The notes: generated by a model not told the origin, from the sequence alone. A stretch of DNA of 64,000 nt from Octopus vulgaris (GCA_951406725.2 OX597825.1:65782001-65846000), one strand, 5' to 3'. Positions 1 to 13,769 are shown, counted from the first letter of the stretch. A program made the numbers and translations.

Positions 1-1522
1 ATAATTTTTACATCTTCACTCGTCTTCATACCATCGTCTCCCATTTATTCCACCCATTTTTATGCCTTTATCTTTACCCACCTTCATTTTACTGATCCTC
101 ATATTCCCTTCCACACTGGACTACTGCCCCCTTCCATCTACAGCTCTCACCTCTTTATCACGCATTGTCTTCATTTGCCTTCATCCCTTCAACGCGTTAT
201 TCCCTTTCCTTACTATTCTCTTCCTCCTTAAACAAATTCCCTCTTCATTGCCTCTCATCCCTACATCGCATTCGTTTTCAGTCTACTCACCCTTTTCTTG
301 ACTCTACCCCACTTTCCCTCTCATTTATTCTTCCTCTTCCTTACACTCATCTCTCTTCCCATCCTTACACTCATCTCTCTTCCCATCCTTCCCTTTCACT
401 CCTCTTCCCATCCTTCCCTTTCACTCCTCTCCCCATTTTATTTTCCTCTCGCTCACGACCTTTCACATTATGCCCCTATTTATTTAATTTCCTTCAATTT
501 TCCTCGCTTTGCTCCTGTTAAAATACATTGAGTTAATATATTCTACCAAAATATAGTTACAAGCGCAAACCGAAAGAACCTCATCAGGCCCAATTGAACA
601 GTATTTTTAAAGACAAATATATTTAATGTCTATATTTCCTCCAACAGCCAGAAAAAAGAAACATAAAATCACTTTCACTACGCTTTTGGCAACTAAGAGA
701 TGAGTATATCACCAAATTTGAAAGCCAAAGGTCCAAAGTAGAATACACCAAAGCTTATTCTGAAGGGATGGATTCGAGCCAGTAAAAATCTTTGATATTT
801 ACATATGCCATAAATTTATTAAATTCAAGAAGCGAGATAGTCTCTAAATGTTGCCACTAAATTAAATTTATTTTGAAATTGTTTTCTATATACAATCTGA
901 TCATCAAGCAATTATCAATAATATTTGCTGATATCTTGTGAAGTTTCTTAAAATTCTTTGTTCCTATGAAAATACCATATCAACATTCTATATCTATAAA
1001 TCGTTTTAACAAAAATATGATAATGTATTTGTTCATAACTCTGTGAAGGGCTATTCTCGTTTACTTTCGTACTCACTTTTTAACATTTATTCTCTTATTC
1101 CATATGACCAGACTGACATATTACTATCTCACGTCTTTTAGTTTCATATTTTCACTTTAACCTTTTGAATTTCGAAAGTTTAATGATTTCTTGTTCCTTA
1201 CATTCGAACACCATTTTCTCTCCCCTTCAAAATTGCCTTATTTTTACTTATAAATTCCTACATGTAAGATGTGTTGAAACACCGGGTACAATTTTTTTTT
1301 TCTTCAGGAACATTGACCCATGAAGTAAATAAAGCTATAAACTACAGCGTATAAATATTGAGTCAAAACCTTTTGGATAAAAAGGATTCGAATTTGCTCG
1401 TGGGATATGAACCCACATCTCCTGCAGTCATGGTAGGTGATCTACCCACATGTAGCATTCGACTTTTTTACTCAACGGGGTTCAAAACACAATATATAAA
1501 CACTATTATTTATATCTTTATT

Positions 1523-2072
1523 AAGGCAGCGAGCTGGCAAAAAGGTTAGCGCGTCAGGCGAAATGCTGAGCGGTATTTCGTCTGCCGTTACGTTCTGAGT
1601 TCAAATTCCGCCGAGGTCGACTTTGCCTTTCATCCTTTCGGGGTCAATAAATTAAGTACCAGTTACGCACTGGGGTCGATATAATCGACTTAATACGTTT
1701 GTCTGTCCTTGTTTGTCTCTTCTATGTTTAGCCCCTTGTGGGTAGTAAAGAAATAGGTATTTCGTCCGCCTTTATGATGAAACAATACTGAGAATGGAGG
1801 GGGATAAAAAACAACAAATATAATAATTATGACGAAACAATTCCGAGAATGGAGGAAGGGGTTAAAAAGCAACAACAAATAATTATTATGACGAAGCAAT
1901 ACTGAGAATTGAGGGTGGATTCGAATTCTGAGTTCGAATTCCGCCAAGGTCGACTTTAGTTTTCATATTTTCGGGGTCGATAAAATAAGTACCAGTTGAG
2001 CACTGCGATCGATGTTATCGACTTACCCCTCTTCGGAAATTGCTAGCCTTGTGCCAAAATTCGATATCATTA
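1523..2072 (+). mobile_element. SINE family B (one full unit and one partial terminal unit)
   Basis: AAGGCAGCGAGCTGGC...GAGTTCAAATTCC...TTGCCTTTCATCCTTTCGGGGTC...AAGTACCAG; partial copy at 1925-2072. Confidence 0.85.
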
Positions 2073-2610
2073 TTTAAAGCATTATTTGCTTCAAGATCCA
2101 TTGTTCCTTAAAAAAAATTATTTCAAGTTCTCGAAATTTCTGAATTCTTATGACGCCAACCGGATACTACGCCTCGACATTTTACTACCGGATCACAGGT
2201 TCCACGATGACCAACGTCGGCTCCCACCTTTTCGGAGTCGATAAAACACAGAACCAGTTCCACATTAGGATTGAAACAATCGAACGTTTCCTCACATCTC
2301 CGTATCATTAAATCCGCATTAATAATTCTCTCATTAATTTTGATCTATTTATATTATTCATTTGATCATTTCAACTTTTCTTTCGATGAATGATTATTTA
2401 CTTATCATTTTTAACATATCTATTTTCTATTCATTTAGCAAACTGTTTGCTGTAATTACTGCCATATCCACCCGCACCATACCCAACCCCTGCATTATTT
2501 CCTAAGTTTAACTACCCGCCAGCAAACACTTCATCTATCACTTTCCTCTTCTCCACCTCTTTGCTTGAAGTCTCCATTTCTTCAACTAATCAATCACCTA
2601 TCCTCCACCA

Positions 2611-2649
<39 letters not shown>

Positions 2650-2945
2650 CCTATATATATATATACATATATACAAACATACCTATATACATATACATAC
2701 ATTCCTATATATATACATTCATATATATGTATATATATATACATACATATATATATATATATATATAGTATATTATATATAATATCATATAAATAATATA
2801 ATGTTATATTTATATTATATCATATACATACATATGTATATATATATATATCATATTACGTTATATATATTATATATTATTATATCATTATATTACATAA
2901 TATTATATATTTTATTCATATATATATATATATATATATATTTAC

Positions 2946-2994
<49 letters not shown>

Positions 2995-3384
2995 TTAAAC
3001 TAATCACCCCGTCTTATGCTCTTTCATTTCTTCACCATCAGAATTTTATGTTTTATGGGATTTTTATGTTTATCACTGGATACAGTTTCTCGATATGAGT
3101 CAACCTATTGCAGAATTTACTGTCTCATTTATCTGCCTTTTCTATTTTTTATCCTATCTTACTCACTCTTTACCTTTTTCTGTTTCAGTTTTTCCCCTCC
3201 TTTCTTTGCCAATTTATTCTTCCCTTTCTCTTCTTTCTTCCATCGTTCTTTTTATTCCATCACATCCCATACTTTTCACACCTTTGTTTTTCTCTAATTT
3301 TTTCTCCCCAGTTTTCCTTTTTGTTTCTTCTCACCACCGCTCTTTGTTGCTCCTTTATCTTTCTTCTTCCCGATTTTTTTTACG

Positions 3385-3660
3385 AAGGTCCGTGGCCTAG
3401 TGAGTAGGACATCGCACTCACGATCATAAAATCGTGGTTTCGAGTCCTAGACCGGTTGATGCATTATGTCCTTAGACAAAAGACTTCATTTCACATTGCT
3501 CCAGTCCACTCAACTCTATCTGAGTTTCATCAATAGCTGAGGAAATTTACCCTGCGTCAGAAGGATATCCCGTTCGGTTGGAATAAATATTATAATCTCA
3601 GTTAATTATATTCCATAGAAACCTGGCTAAACTCCGGCCCTCTAAGTACTAGGGCTCATA
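3385..3660 (+). mobile_element. Degenerate SINE family E
   Basis: GTGGCCTAGTG...GGTTTCGAGTCC...TTTCACATTGCTCCAGTCCACTC. Confidence 0.65.
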
Positions 3661-4002
3661 ATAAACCTAAGTTTAAGCATTTCTCTCTTTCTAATTTACA
3701 TTTAATTGTTATTCTTTCTGATTTATTTCCGCATTGCCACCGCTCTCTTTTCATAAAACCCCGATTCTCTTCCCTAAATCAGCTATTTTAAACATGCCCC
3801 CACCGTTACTAATAAACTAGATCAACTGTTATATGCATTTATTTATCTATTTACGTATTTTGACGTTAGAATTTTTGGAGCTTCACTTTCTTTGAATTGT
3901 TTAGGGTAATTGTCAATTAAAAGTAGAACATTGTTTTGAAATTATGGAGATGTACTTGCATAGCGAGTGACGTGATCTGAGATCGTGTGCTAGAACGAAA
4001 AC

Positions 4003-4122
4003 AATTGCAGCGTGGAAGGTGTTTATAAGTCATTTTGACAAATTAAATTTAAATGTTGAAGTGAATCTAACGGTTTTTGTGTGTTTCTTAAATGACTTAT
4101 AAACACCTTCCACGCTGCAATT
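4003..4122. repeat. 33-bp perfect inverted repeat with 54-bp spacer
   Basis: AATTGCAGCGTGGAAGGTGTTTATAAGTCATTT at 4003-4035; reverse complement at 4090-4122. Confidence 0.95.
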
Positions 4123-4784
4123 ATTTTGAAAATTGTCCCGTTTAAATGTTTCAAATTGGTTCCTTGCATGTCTGCAGTCAAATGAATGAAACAAATAAAA
4201 TGTGTGCACGCGCGTGTGTGTGTGCGCGCGTGTGTATGTATGCTGTGTATGTGTCTCTGTGTGTGTCTGTGTGTGCTGTGTATGTGTGTGCATGTACGTT
4301 GACATGCATCTATGTGTGTATTGCGTGGAATTGGTGGCATGCAGACAGCCAGGTTTGCTTCTGTGTGCTCAGGAAAGCTCAGGAAATGTACTTGGAGAAG
4401 AAAGCGTGCCTTGAGAGTATCTTTTAAGTAGAAATATCTTGAAGGAATTCTTATAAAAACCAGCGATATAAATATATTCTAGTTCCTGTACCCTTATTTG
4501 CTACTAACTGTTTTACGTTGAATGCATCTAGAATTGAATATGTGATGGACAAGTGTATGCCATTATAGTTTAATGATATATAGAGGTCATATTAATGAGA
4601 CGGTTACAATCTGAGATGAAGTGGACATTATCACCATAAGCATATTATTAATCTAAGGTCAAATGTGTTAGCGGTGAGAGCGAGGAGAAAGGTATTACTA
4701 TTATGTTAAGTGGTTACTAGTTAGTTGAAGGAAGAAATAGAAAGAGAGAGAAAGATAGAGAGAGAGAGAAGGAATCTGTTACAT

Positions 4785-4827
<43 letters not shown>

Positions 4828-5080
4828 AATAAATATATATATTTATATATATATCGAATTTATTTCAATTGAATTTAAACTTAATTGTAATTCGAATTTA
4901 ATTGTAGCCCTGAAACGTACGTAGTTTTTTTTACTTATTATATATTGATTATTCATTTTTATACTTTTTGAGATCTAGTTATATGTTTTATAAAAATATA
5001 GATTATTTGATTTTCTATGTTTTGGTTTATGTCTATCACTGTTTAAGTTGCATAATAGCGGTTTTATCTCTAATTTATAT

Positions 5081-5121
<41 letters not shown>

Positions 5122-5122
<1 letters not shown>

Positions 5123-5533
5123 TCTTTTACTCTTTTACTTGTTTCAGTCATTTGACTGCGGCCATGCTGGAGCACCGCCTTTAATCGAGCAACTCAACCC
5201 CGGGACTTATTCTTTTTTTTTTGTAAGCCCAGTACTTATTCTATCGGTCTCTTTTGCCGAACTGCTAAGTAACGGGGACATAAACACACCAGCATCGGTT
5301 ATCAAGCAATGCTAGGGGGACAAACACAGACACACAAACACACACACGCATATATATATATACATATATACGACGGGCTTCTTTCAGTTTCCGTCTACCA
5401 AATCCACTCACAAGGCTTTAGTCGGCCCGAGGCTATAGTAGAAGACACTTGCCCAAGGTGCCACGCAGTGAGACTGAACCCGGAACCATGTAGTTGGTAA
5501 ATAAGCTAATTACCACAAAGCCATTCTTGCGCC
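5122..5533 (-). mobile_element. tRNA-derived SINE family A (CORE-like box, internal microsatellite)
   Basis: Full-length; CACCTTGGGCAAGTGTCTT box; GTAAAAGA tail; many similar copies in the window. Confidence 0.9.
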
Positions 5534-5583
5534 TATATTTCAGGCCTTTTGCCTGCAGTAGTTAGAATTATATTTACTAAGTT

Positions 5584-5800
5584 AAGGTGGCAAACTGGCG
5601 GAATCGTTAGCACGGCAGAAGAAAAATTAACACATTCTGTACTTTATGTACTAAGTTCAAATTCTACCGAGGTCGATTTCGCCTTTCAAACATTTGGGAT
5701 CAATGAAACAAGTTCCAGTTGAGCACTAGGGTCCATATACACAAGTAGCCCTCTCCACCAAAATATCACAACTTGTATCGACAGCAGAACCGATTATTTT
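5584..5800 (+). mobile_element. Degenerate SINE family B
   Basis: AAGGTGGCAAACTGGCGGAATCGTTAGC...AGTTCAAATTCTACCGAGGTCGA. Confidence 0.7.
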
Positions 5801-6535
5801 AACCTAAGTATTATTCTCTAACAAACAATAAAGAATTTTAAATAAGAAACAGAGTCTTTCTGTTTTATGCAGGCTACACGACAATAATAATAGGTTATGT
5901 ACACATCGAAAAAAATATTCTAGATAATGCAAGATGTCAATTGAATTAACATGGTAAAACTATTTCGTATTTTATCTCTAGTTATTATAGTATACGTTTT
6001 GTGTATATGTATGTGTTTAATTACCATATTATAATTCAACTTATAATATGCCTTTGTAATGTCATTTTGCCTACGTCTAGACAAGTTTTTATACGGATTT
6101 ATTTGTTTTCTTTTACTGCTGTGATATCGTTTCGCTTCTACAGTTTCTTATTTCTGATGTTTTTTCTTTTCTTCCACTAATTAAAACATGTTCAAAATTG
6201 ATGTGCTAAGTAAATCTGTATTGCATTTTCTTAAATATCGTTTTTCATTGCATTATATTTTTTTCAGTTTAGAGGAATTATTTCAACTATGGTTTTATAT
6301 ATATATATATTATATACAAACATATATATACATATATATATATTATATACACACATATGTATACATATATATGTATATATGTATATATTATACATATATA
6401 AATATGCATATACGTAAAGTTATATATATATATATAATATATAATATATATGTATCTGATAGAGACATATATATAAAGTTATATATATATATATATATAT
6501 GTGTGTGTATAACATATACATATGTATTTCTATAT

Positions 6536-6575
<40 letters not shown>

Positions 6576-6936
6576 TTAAAAATATATATATATATATATA
6601 AATTATTTTTAAAATCGTATTATCGTTTTCTGAGATTTTAATTGGCTTCAATTTGTATAATTTTCACACATGCGTAAATCTCTAACTTACACAATTTTCT
6701 GTTGTTACGTCTCTTTCAACGTCTTTACTTCAATTCCAGAAATATTCAAATTTAATGTGATTTTCTTTTTCTTTCTTTTTTTTTCCAGCCACTTTTCATC
6801 ACTACTGTATTTAAAAAGAAAAGTTCTGTCGAATTTTTTTCCATATGATAAATTCTTAAACCATTTCCTTCAAGCTTAGTATGTGAGTGTATGTAAGTGT
6901 GTGTGTATGCGTCTGTCTGCCTCTGTGTTTATGCGC

Positions 6937-6982
<46 letters not shown>

Positions 6983-6995
6983 GTAGGCTAGGCTT

Positions 6996-7152
6996 AGGAG
7001 TGGCCGTGTGGTTAGTAGCTTGCTTACCAGCAACATGGTTCCAGGTTCAGGCCCACTGCGTAGCACCTTAGGCAAGTGTTTTCTACTATAGCCTTGGGCC
7101 AACCAAATTCTTGTGAGTGGATTTGGTAGACGGAAACTGAAAGAAGCCCGTC

Positions 7153-7153
<1 letters not shown>
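6996..7153 (+). mobile_element. SINE family A 5' half
   Basis: Matches 55371-55533. Confidence 0.85.
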
Positions 7154-7197
<44 letters not shown>

Positions 7198-7934
7198 TAT
7201 GTACATAAACAAACGCATGATAATGTATATATATATATTTACATGCCCATATACGTACATGTACAATGCATATGTACATGTATATATCTATATACACATA
7301 AGCGTGCACTCACGTACCCATATACATGCACTCACGTATATATATACACGCACACACATACATGCACACACACATACAAACATACAAACACACACATGTA
7401 TGTATATATATATATACATACATACATACATACACATACACATACACAGATTTTGCCTGTAAAATTCTTTGAACGACGCATGCGTTTATGAAACTCATGT
7501 TTTATTTTCTTTCTTTCAACTCAATCACGTGATGACATGGCCAAACTGAAGTACAACAACTTCCTGCATGTCAAATTCTGCCAGATGGAATGCCGCCGCC
7601 ATTACTGCAAAAGACAAGAAAACGAATTTCGTTTTAGACCACCCAGCACAATAGGAACCACAAAAGGACAACAACCACGAGAACAACAACACTACCAACA
7701 ACAACAACGATAATGACCGCTGATATTTAAAAAAGTATTCGTGACAAGCTTTCTAGAAATCTCTGTCTCTCACACACACCTCCTTCTCTCTCTTTTTCTC
7801 TGTCTATCACTTCCCCTCTCTCTCTCTTTGATTCAAGAAATCACCGTCGTTACCTTTCAACATTTGCTTTGTCGTGTTTATTATGTAACATCATGACCAA
7901 TCTTGTAATGTAGTCAAGTTATTCGTTTCAACCC

Positions 7935-8236
7935 TGTCAGCACTGTCCGTGTGGACCTATGATCACCTGTCTTACTGTATCAGCTTAATATCAATCTAGC
8001 CATCCAACCGTCCATATTCTCCGCTCACCATTCCCGAGGGGGGCCGTGCGTGAAATATCCTCAGACACTTCCTCCATAGAGCCTTATCAAAAGCAACCTT
8101 CATTAGACTTTTAGGATGGATTCCCAGGCGTGACCAGTTGAGACTATGGATATTATTCGACCACTTCGTTCTTGGTCTACCAATTGGTCTACTGCTGGTT
8201 GGCCCGGCTTGAAGAATCCGTTTTGTGATACATTCT
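7935..8236 (-). pseudogene. RTE-clade LINE 3' remnant
   Basis: Minus strand reads ECITKRILQAGPTSSRPIGRPRTKWS..IHSLNWSRLGIHPKSLMKVAFDKALWRKCL...RPPREW*, the typical RTE GRPRxxW C-terminus. Confidence 0.75.
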
Positions 8237-8719
8237 AATCACATCATCGCCGATTTCGTAACATGAAGCCCTCTTCCGCTGCTGCCATTACGAAGTCGGT
8301 CGGAGATTTTCTCTCTGCATAGAAAAGCATTCTTGGGAAGAGAAAGAATATTTTCTCATCTCCTAAGTGCAGTCACCATAAAATCATCTGGATACACTAT
8401 CAGAAATAATGTTTCGAAGACTACATTATCAAGTGCACAATTGTCTTTCTTTTTGTAATTGTATTTCTGTGAACAGATGGTTATACATTTTACTTTATGC
8501 ACAATGTAAGCCAGATTTACTGCTGTGGAAAAATAATGAAATATTTGCAACAGTAAATATTGAGGTATTCCAAGGAAGTAGAGAAGTTTAATCTTTTCTT
8601 ATCAATCATGTTATAAGATTTTCTTTGAGATTTTTAATCTAAATATGACCATTTGTGTAGGAGTAGTCTCAGAGTCTCATGTGAAATGGAATAAACGAGT
8701 TAGGATAGGGTAACGGGTA

Positions 8720-8985
8720 AAGAACCCCTTCCGGTCATGAATGGTCATTGGATTGTACCTAGAAAGTTACTCTCCGAGGCACAAGTCCAAGCAAGGTTCA
8801 CTCTTCACACCACCAATGTTACCCAAGGGAAAAGCAAAGGCCGATACAGCTTGGCACCAGTGACGTCACATCTCATTTCTACAGCCGAAGGCTATAGTAG
8901 AAGACACTTGCCCAATGTGCCACGCAGTGGGACTGAACCCGGAGCCATGTGGTTGGTAAGCAAGCTACTTACCACACAGCCACTC
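8720..8985 (-). mobile_element. Chimeric SINE: family A head joined to family F tail
   Basis: 8890-8985 is the A head and 8720-8886 is the F tail (matches 62950-63158). Confidence 0.75.
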
Positions 8986-9129
8986 GATCAACTAATATCT
9001 ATACTCTTCAACAATAATCAGCGAGAACTGACTAAATCCTTAAACTTTCTATTTGGGATTAATTAAAGATTTATTTAGAGACAAGGATTGAAATCTGAGT
9101 TTTAGTATTTCATTACAGCCTTCACTTAC

Positions 9130-9560
9130 CTTCATAGATTTGACAGATGTTTCTGTAATCAGAAACTGCGATCTGTGAAGCGGAATAGATCTGTTGTTGT
9201 TGTTGTTGCTGCTGCTTGTTTGTTTGTTTGTTTGTTTGTTGAGCGAAGCGGTCTTCGTCCCAGAGCTTGCAAGATCGCGCCTCTGTAATGGGAGAAGTCC
9301 GAAACGTGGTCCTTTGCTATTCGTAAGACCCGCAGAAGAGCAAGCAAGTCAACCCCCGACACCGAGAGCATCGACAGATGGATGAATGCGCATCCAGGCT
9401 CAGCGGTTGCGTAGGAAGTCGAGGATGCTGCTGCTGCTGCTATTGCTGTTATTGATGTTGTTGTTGTTGTTGTCGGGTTGGGGCTGGTGGATGGTGGTGA
9501 TGGGATAGCCAAGGTCAGCTCCGATTCTGCAGACCAAAGACACTCGTCATGATTTCTCCA
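9130..9560 (-). other. Candidate first exon (CpG-rich 5' UTR + ATG AAG) of a minus-strand host gene
   Basis: Unique GC/CpG-rich block ending in ATGAAG|GTAAGT (perfect donor, GT at 9129-9128). No downstream exon was identified. Confidence 0.3.
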
Positions 9561-10002
9561 CTTTCCTTTCTAGACTCAGTGCATTTAAAACTACATTATT
9601 GAATATATCTGTTTCTTTTTTCAAATAACAATGTAAAAGGTTTGCTAACTGTAACTGACTTATGTTTCCACATAGAAGTTCTCGTAAGCAGCAACATTAT
9701 AAAATTAACCAGTGGTTCATTTGCTTACAATACTAAGTCCAATTTCGATCGTAGTAAAACCTCATACCAATCTTAACTCCAAGGTCACATGTGTCTCTTA
9801 TTATTTCTACATCACTGAGAAAGAAAATAAGTATCAACTCAGAAAATATGGAAGTTTCTATAAAGAATTTTGTTTTTAAAAGATCCCTGGTCCCGGAGTA
9901 GAATGCGGCATATGATCTACTTGGTTATTTGTTAGGCAAAAAACAGTATCGGCGGAGCGTTTTATATGTTCTGATGTTTATGTATATCTCTCTAAGTCAT
10001 GC

Positions 10003-10270
10003 GACGGCACATGGTGTAATTGCTAGGATGTTGATCACATAATCGTAAAATCATGGGTTCGATTCCTGAACCTGGTTTTGATTTGAGTCTTTGAGGAAGA
10101 CACCTCATTTCACATCACTTCCGTCTCTGACTAGTCAGTAGTATAACTTGTAACAGATTAGCCTCCTATCCAGAGATGAGACCCGTACTTTCAATCAGTA
10201 ATGGAACCGAGTTAAACTTCTGGAACCGAATTAAACTTAATTATAAAGGAGCATGTAGGCCCAAGATAGA
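10003..10270 (+). mobile_element. Highly degenerate SINE family E
   Basis: GGCACATGGTGTAATTG...GGGTTCGATTCCTG...ATTTCACATC. Confidence 0.5.
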
Positions 10271-10586
10271 CTTCAACATTTTAACTTAACGTTTTGAGTT
10301 CAAATCCTTCCGAGGTCGACTTTGCTTTCAATTTTTCCGTTATCGATAAAATAAATTCCAGTTTAGTGTTGGGTGGAATTTTAAATACCTGTGGCTTTGT
10401 GTTTGCAAAGTAATCGCCTATTATATCCACGTGGGTTATATCATGTAGAAGGAGAATAATAATTGATATAGATTATAAAGTATTATACACCAAATTATAT
10501 ACAGCAGAATTTGTTTCATGCACGAATCACTAGATTATTGAAGAAATAAAATGTGAAACAACATCACGTCATTCATATCTAAAGAT

Positions 10587-10912
10587 CAATTTCCTAGGAT
10601 CTCAGAAGCCTGTATTTGTAAGACAGAATATCAGATAAATATAATCCCTACATCAGAATCAAAGGAAACAACATTACGTGGTAATTCAATTTACAAAAAA
10701 TAGCAGTTGAATTTCTCTCAAAAGAAAGCGATTGTAGAACAGGGGTGTCATTCATGTCCAAAGTTCAATTTCCTATAATGCCAAAAGTTTAGAAATGCGC
10801 GGCAGAACACTTGGTAGTTATAATCTCTACATCAGAACCAAAGAAAGGGCCTCTATCTGTTCATTCAATCTGCAAAAATAGCAGTTGAATTTCCCTTGAA
10901 AGTAAGAGATTT
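10587..10912 (+). repeat. Degenerate tandem duplication, ~179-bp period
   Basis: TCAATTTCCTA, ATAATCyCTACATCAGAA and AAATAGCAGTTGAATTTC each occur twice. Confidence 0.7.
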
Positions 10913-11560
10913 TTGTTTGCGCAGTAATGTATATTATGCATTAAACCTTTAAAAAAGAAAATGGCGGATTATGGAGGATGGGATATAGTAAAACAGGGCC
11001 GAAATCGCAATCTAAGTAATGGAAACTACAAAGCATTGTGCCTGCTTGAAAGAAATCAATACTTTCAAGGTGTCAGATTAAGTACAATAGATAATACCCC
11101 CTCCACAAACACACATGCACACACACACACATAACGTATATACAAACACATACACACTACATGTGGTTATCTGATTTCATATCCAGTTGAGGTCATTTTA
11201 TGTCATTAAATTTGTTTATACATTTATACTATTTTCAGCCACTGGACCGTGAGGTTATTGCTGAATGCTGGGCACTGTTTCTAACGGCTTAGCTGATTCT
11301 ATCAGTCGTACAAATTTCGGTTTGATGCATATGCTACCAAAATCTTATTTGTCGTACAGCTAATGTACAGGGCATACGTAGACTTACATTAAACACAACA
11401 TTTAGTTTTCTCGGTTTTATCAGGTGTAAATATAAACACAGATATGGATACATAAGTTAATGAAAATAAAATATTAAAAAAAAAAAAAACAATGGTATTA
11501 ACAGCATGAATTTTGCTTGTCACATTGTTTCAAACTATTTCCAAACGAATAGAAGATTCT

Positions 11561-11604
11561 ATCATCACCATCATCACCATCATCATCATCATCATCATCA
11601 CCAC

Positions 11605-11638
<34 letters not shown>

Positions 11639-11665
11639 GTTATCATCATAATCATAATCATCATC

Positions 11666-11727
<62 letters not shown>

Positions 11728-11764
11728 CATCATCATCACCATCATCATCATCATATTTCATCAT

Positions 11765-11796
<32 letters not shown>

Positions 11797-11825
11797 CCAC
11801 CACCACCATCATCATCATCATCACC

Positions 11826-11856
<31 letters not shown>

Positions 11857-12080
11857 CCACCATCATCATCATCATCATCATCATCATCATTATCATCATC
11901 ATCATTATCATCATCATCATCGTCATCATCACCATCATCATCATCATCACCACCACCACCATCATCATCATCATCACCACCACACCACCACCACCATCAT
12001 CATCATCATCATTTTCATTTTCATTTTCATTTTCTTCTTCTTCTTTTTCTTCTTTTTCTTCTTCTTCTTCGTCGTCCTCG
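11561..12080. repeat. (CAT/CAC)n microsatellite
   Basis: Direct reading. Confidence 0.95.
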
Positions 12081-12457
12081 TTATTGTTTAGCATGTGACG
12101 TTTTCAAGCTTGCTTGGTTCAAACGGAACCTGTTAAGGCAGTTTTCTTCTACGTCCGGATGCCCGTCTTCCTGTCGCCATCCATCAACTGCTTCTATGCA
12201 AGTTAATATTTTCCTATGGCCAGACATGTTTTCCAAGAAAGACTGAAAACGAATACGCAGCCTTCATATCTAAAAAAAAACTGCAAACTGCAATGTTCAT
12301 ATTGGGGTATATAAAGACTTTTAGAAGTCAATTCGCTTTTCGATTACATCTTCAAGGGGAGTTACAAACCTCAGCACTATAAACCAACAACACACTCGAC
12401 ATTCATTACGGTGGTACTGTAATTGCCGCTGAGTGCAGAAAGGTGTATAGTCCAATG

Positions 12458-12846
12458 GATGGAAGCACTCCGTCGGTTACGACGACGAGGGTTCCGGTTG
12501 ATCCGAATCAACGGAACAGCCTGCTCGTGAAATTAACGTGTACGTGGCTGAGCACTCCACAGACACGTGTACCCTTAACGTAGTTCTCGGTGATATTCAG
12601 CGTGACACAGAGAGTGACAAGGCCGGCCCTTTGAAATACAAGGTACAACAGAAACAGGAAGTAAGAGTGAGAGAAAGTTGTGGTGAAAGAGTACTGCAGG
12701 GATCACCACCATCCCCTGCCGGAGCCTCGTGGAGCTTTAGGTGTTTTCGCTCAATAAACACTCACAACGCCCGGTCTGGGAATCGAAACCGCGATTCTAT
12801 GACCGCGAGTCCGCTGCCCTAACCACTGGGCCATTGCGCCTCCACT
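12458..12846 (-). mobile_element. Full-length tRNA-derived SINE (family C) with 12-bp TSD
   Basis: tRNA-like head TGGCCCAGTGG / GTTTCGATTCC; TSD TATAGTCCAATG at 12446-12457 and 12847-12858; near-identical to 21863. Confidence 0.92.
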
Positions 12847-13007
12847 TATAGTCCAATGACACTTATTTACAACGAAGTGGACTGCATGACAATGAAAGAG
12901 AAGATATACGTGATTGCCGGGCCTGTTAATATTAGCTACGCAATACCCTCCCAGTCAGTTTAGATCAGAAACCATGAGAACCACTGCCTGATATTGCATC
13001 AGGGGAT

Positions 13008-13056
<49 letters not shown>

Positions 13057-13075
13057 TATTATTATTATTATTATT

Positions 13076-13326
13076 ATTACCTCCGCCTTAGCGAAGGCGG
13101 AGATATTGTTTTCAGTCGTGTTTGTTTGTTTGTCCGTGGACAAGATATCTCAAGAACCGCCGGATGGATTCGGATGAAACTTTCAGGGATGTTTTGTTTG
13201 GCCCCGTGACTGGCACGAACTAATTAGATCGCTCCATACCGGACAAGGATTCTGAATTATTTACCGTTTTTTTTATTTCATTTTTGAGAGCAGTCGAGTT
13301 CATTCTCGTTTGTGAGAGTAGTCGAG

Positions 13327-13330
<4 letters not shown>
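13076..13330 (+). mobile_element. Helentron-associated (HINE/DINE-1-like) non-autonomous element
   Basis: ATTAC-CTCCGCCTT(agcg)AAGGCGGAG hairpin, then (GTTT)n and GATATCTCAAGAACC...GGATTCGGATGAAACTTT, in T-rich flanks. Confidence 0.6.
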
Positions 13331-13361
<31 letters not shown>

Positions 13362-13511
13362 TATTATCAACATCATCATCATCATCATCATCATCATTTG
13401 ATTTGACTCGAGCATTCCTGATAGAATTTATGTGGATAGCAGGTTACTATATGTAACATTAGCTATCCACAAGCTTTCATTCAATAAACTTTCAAGTAAC
13501 TACTGCTGCTG

Positions 13512-13548
<37 letters not shown>

Positions 13549-13605
13549 TACTACAACTACTACTACTTCTACTACTACTGCTACTACTACTACTACTACT
13601 ACTAC

Positions 13606-13652
<47 letters not shown>

Positions 13653-13724
13653 TATTTTAAAAAGGATTGACGTAACTCTTCACAAAGTTAAACAGTCAAG
13701 ACGAAGTGCTCTCTTCGTCTTGAC

Positions 13725-13766
<42 letters not shown>

Positions 13767-13769
13767 GAT

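Noticed and set aside
560-590. CTGATGA on the minus strand as a hammerhead
   Set aside because: No suitably placed stem II/GAAA/NUH.
780-1300. Possible Penelope RT remnant (minus strand NIKDFY)
   Set aside because: Similarity too short and degenerate to call by eye.
9159-9512. 117-aa ORF as a protein-coding gene
   Set aside because: Non-ATG start, low complexity and no recognisable domain; a UTR interpretation is preferred.
11498-12094. Poly-His/Met/Asp ORFs
   Set aside because: Translations of the (CAT)n microsatellite, with no splice or domain evidence.
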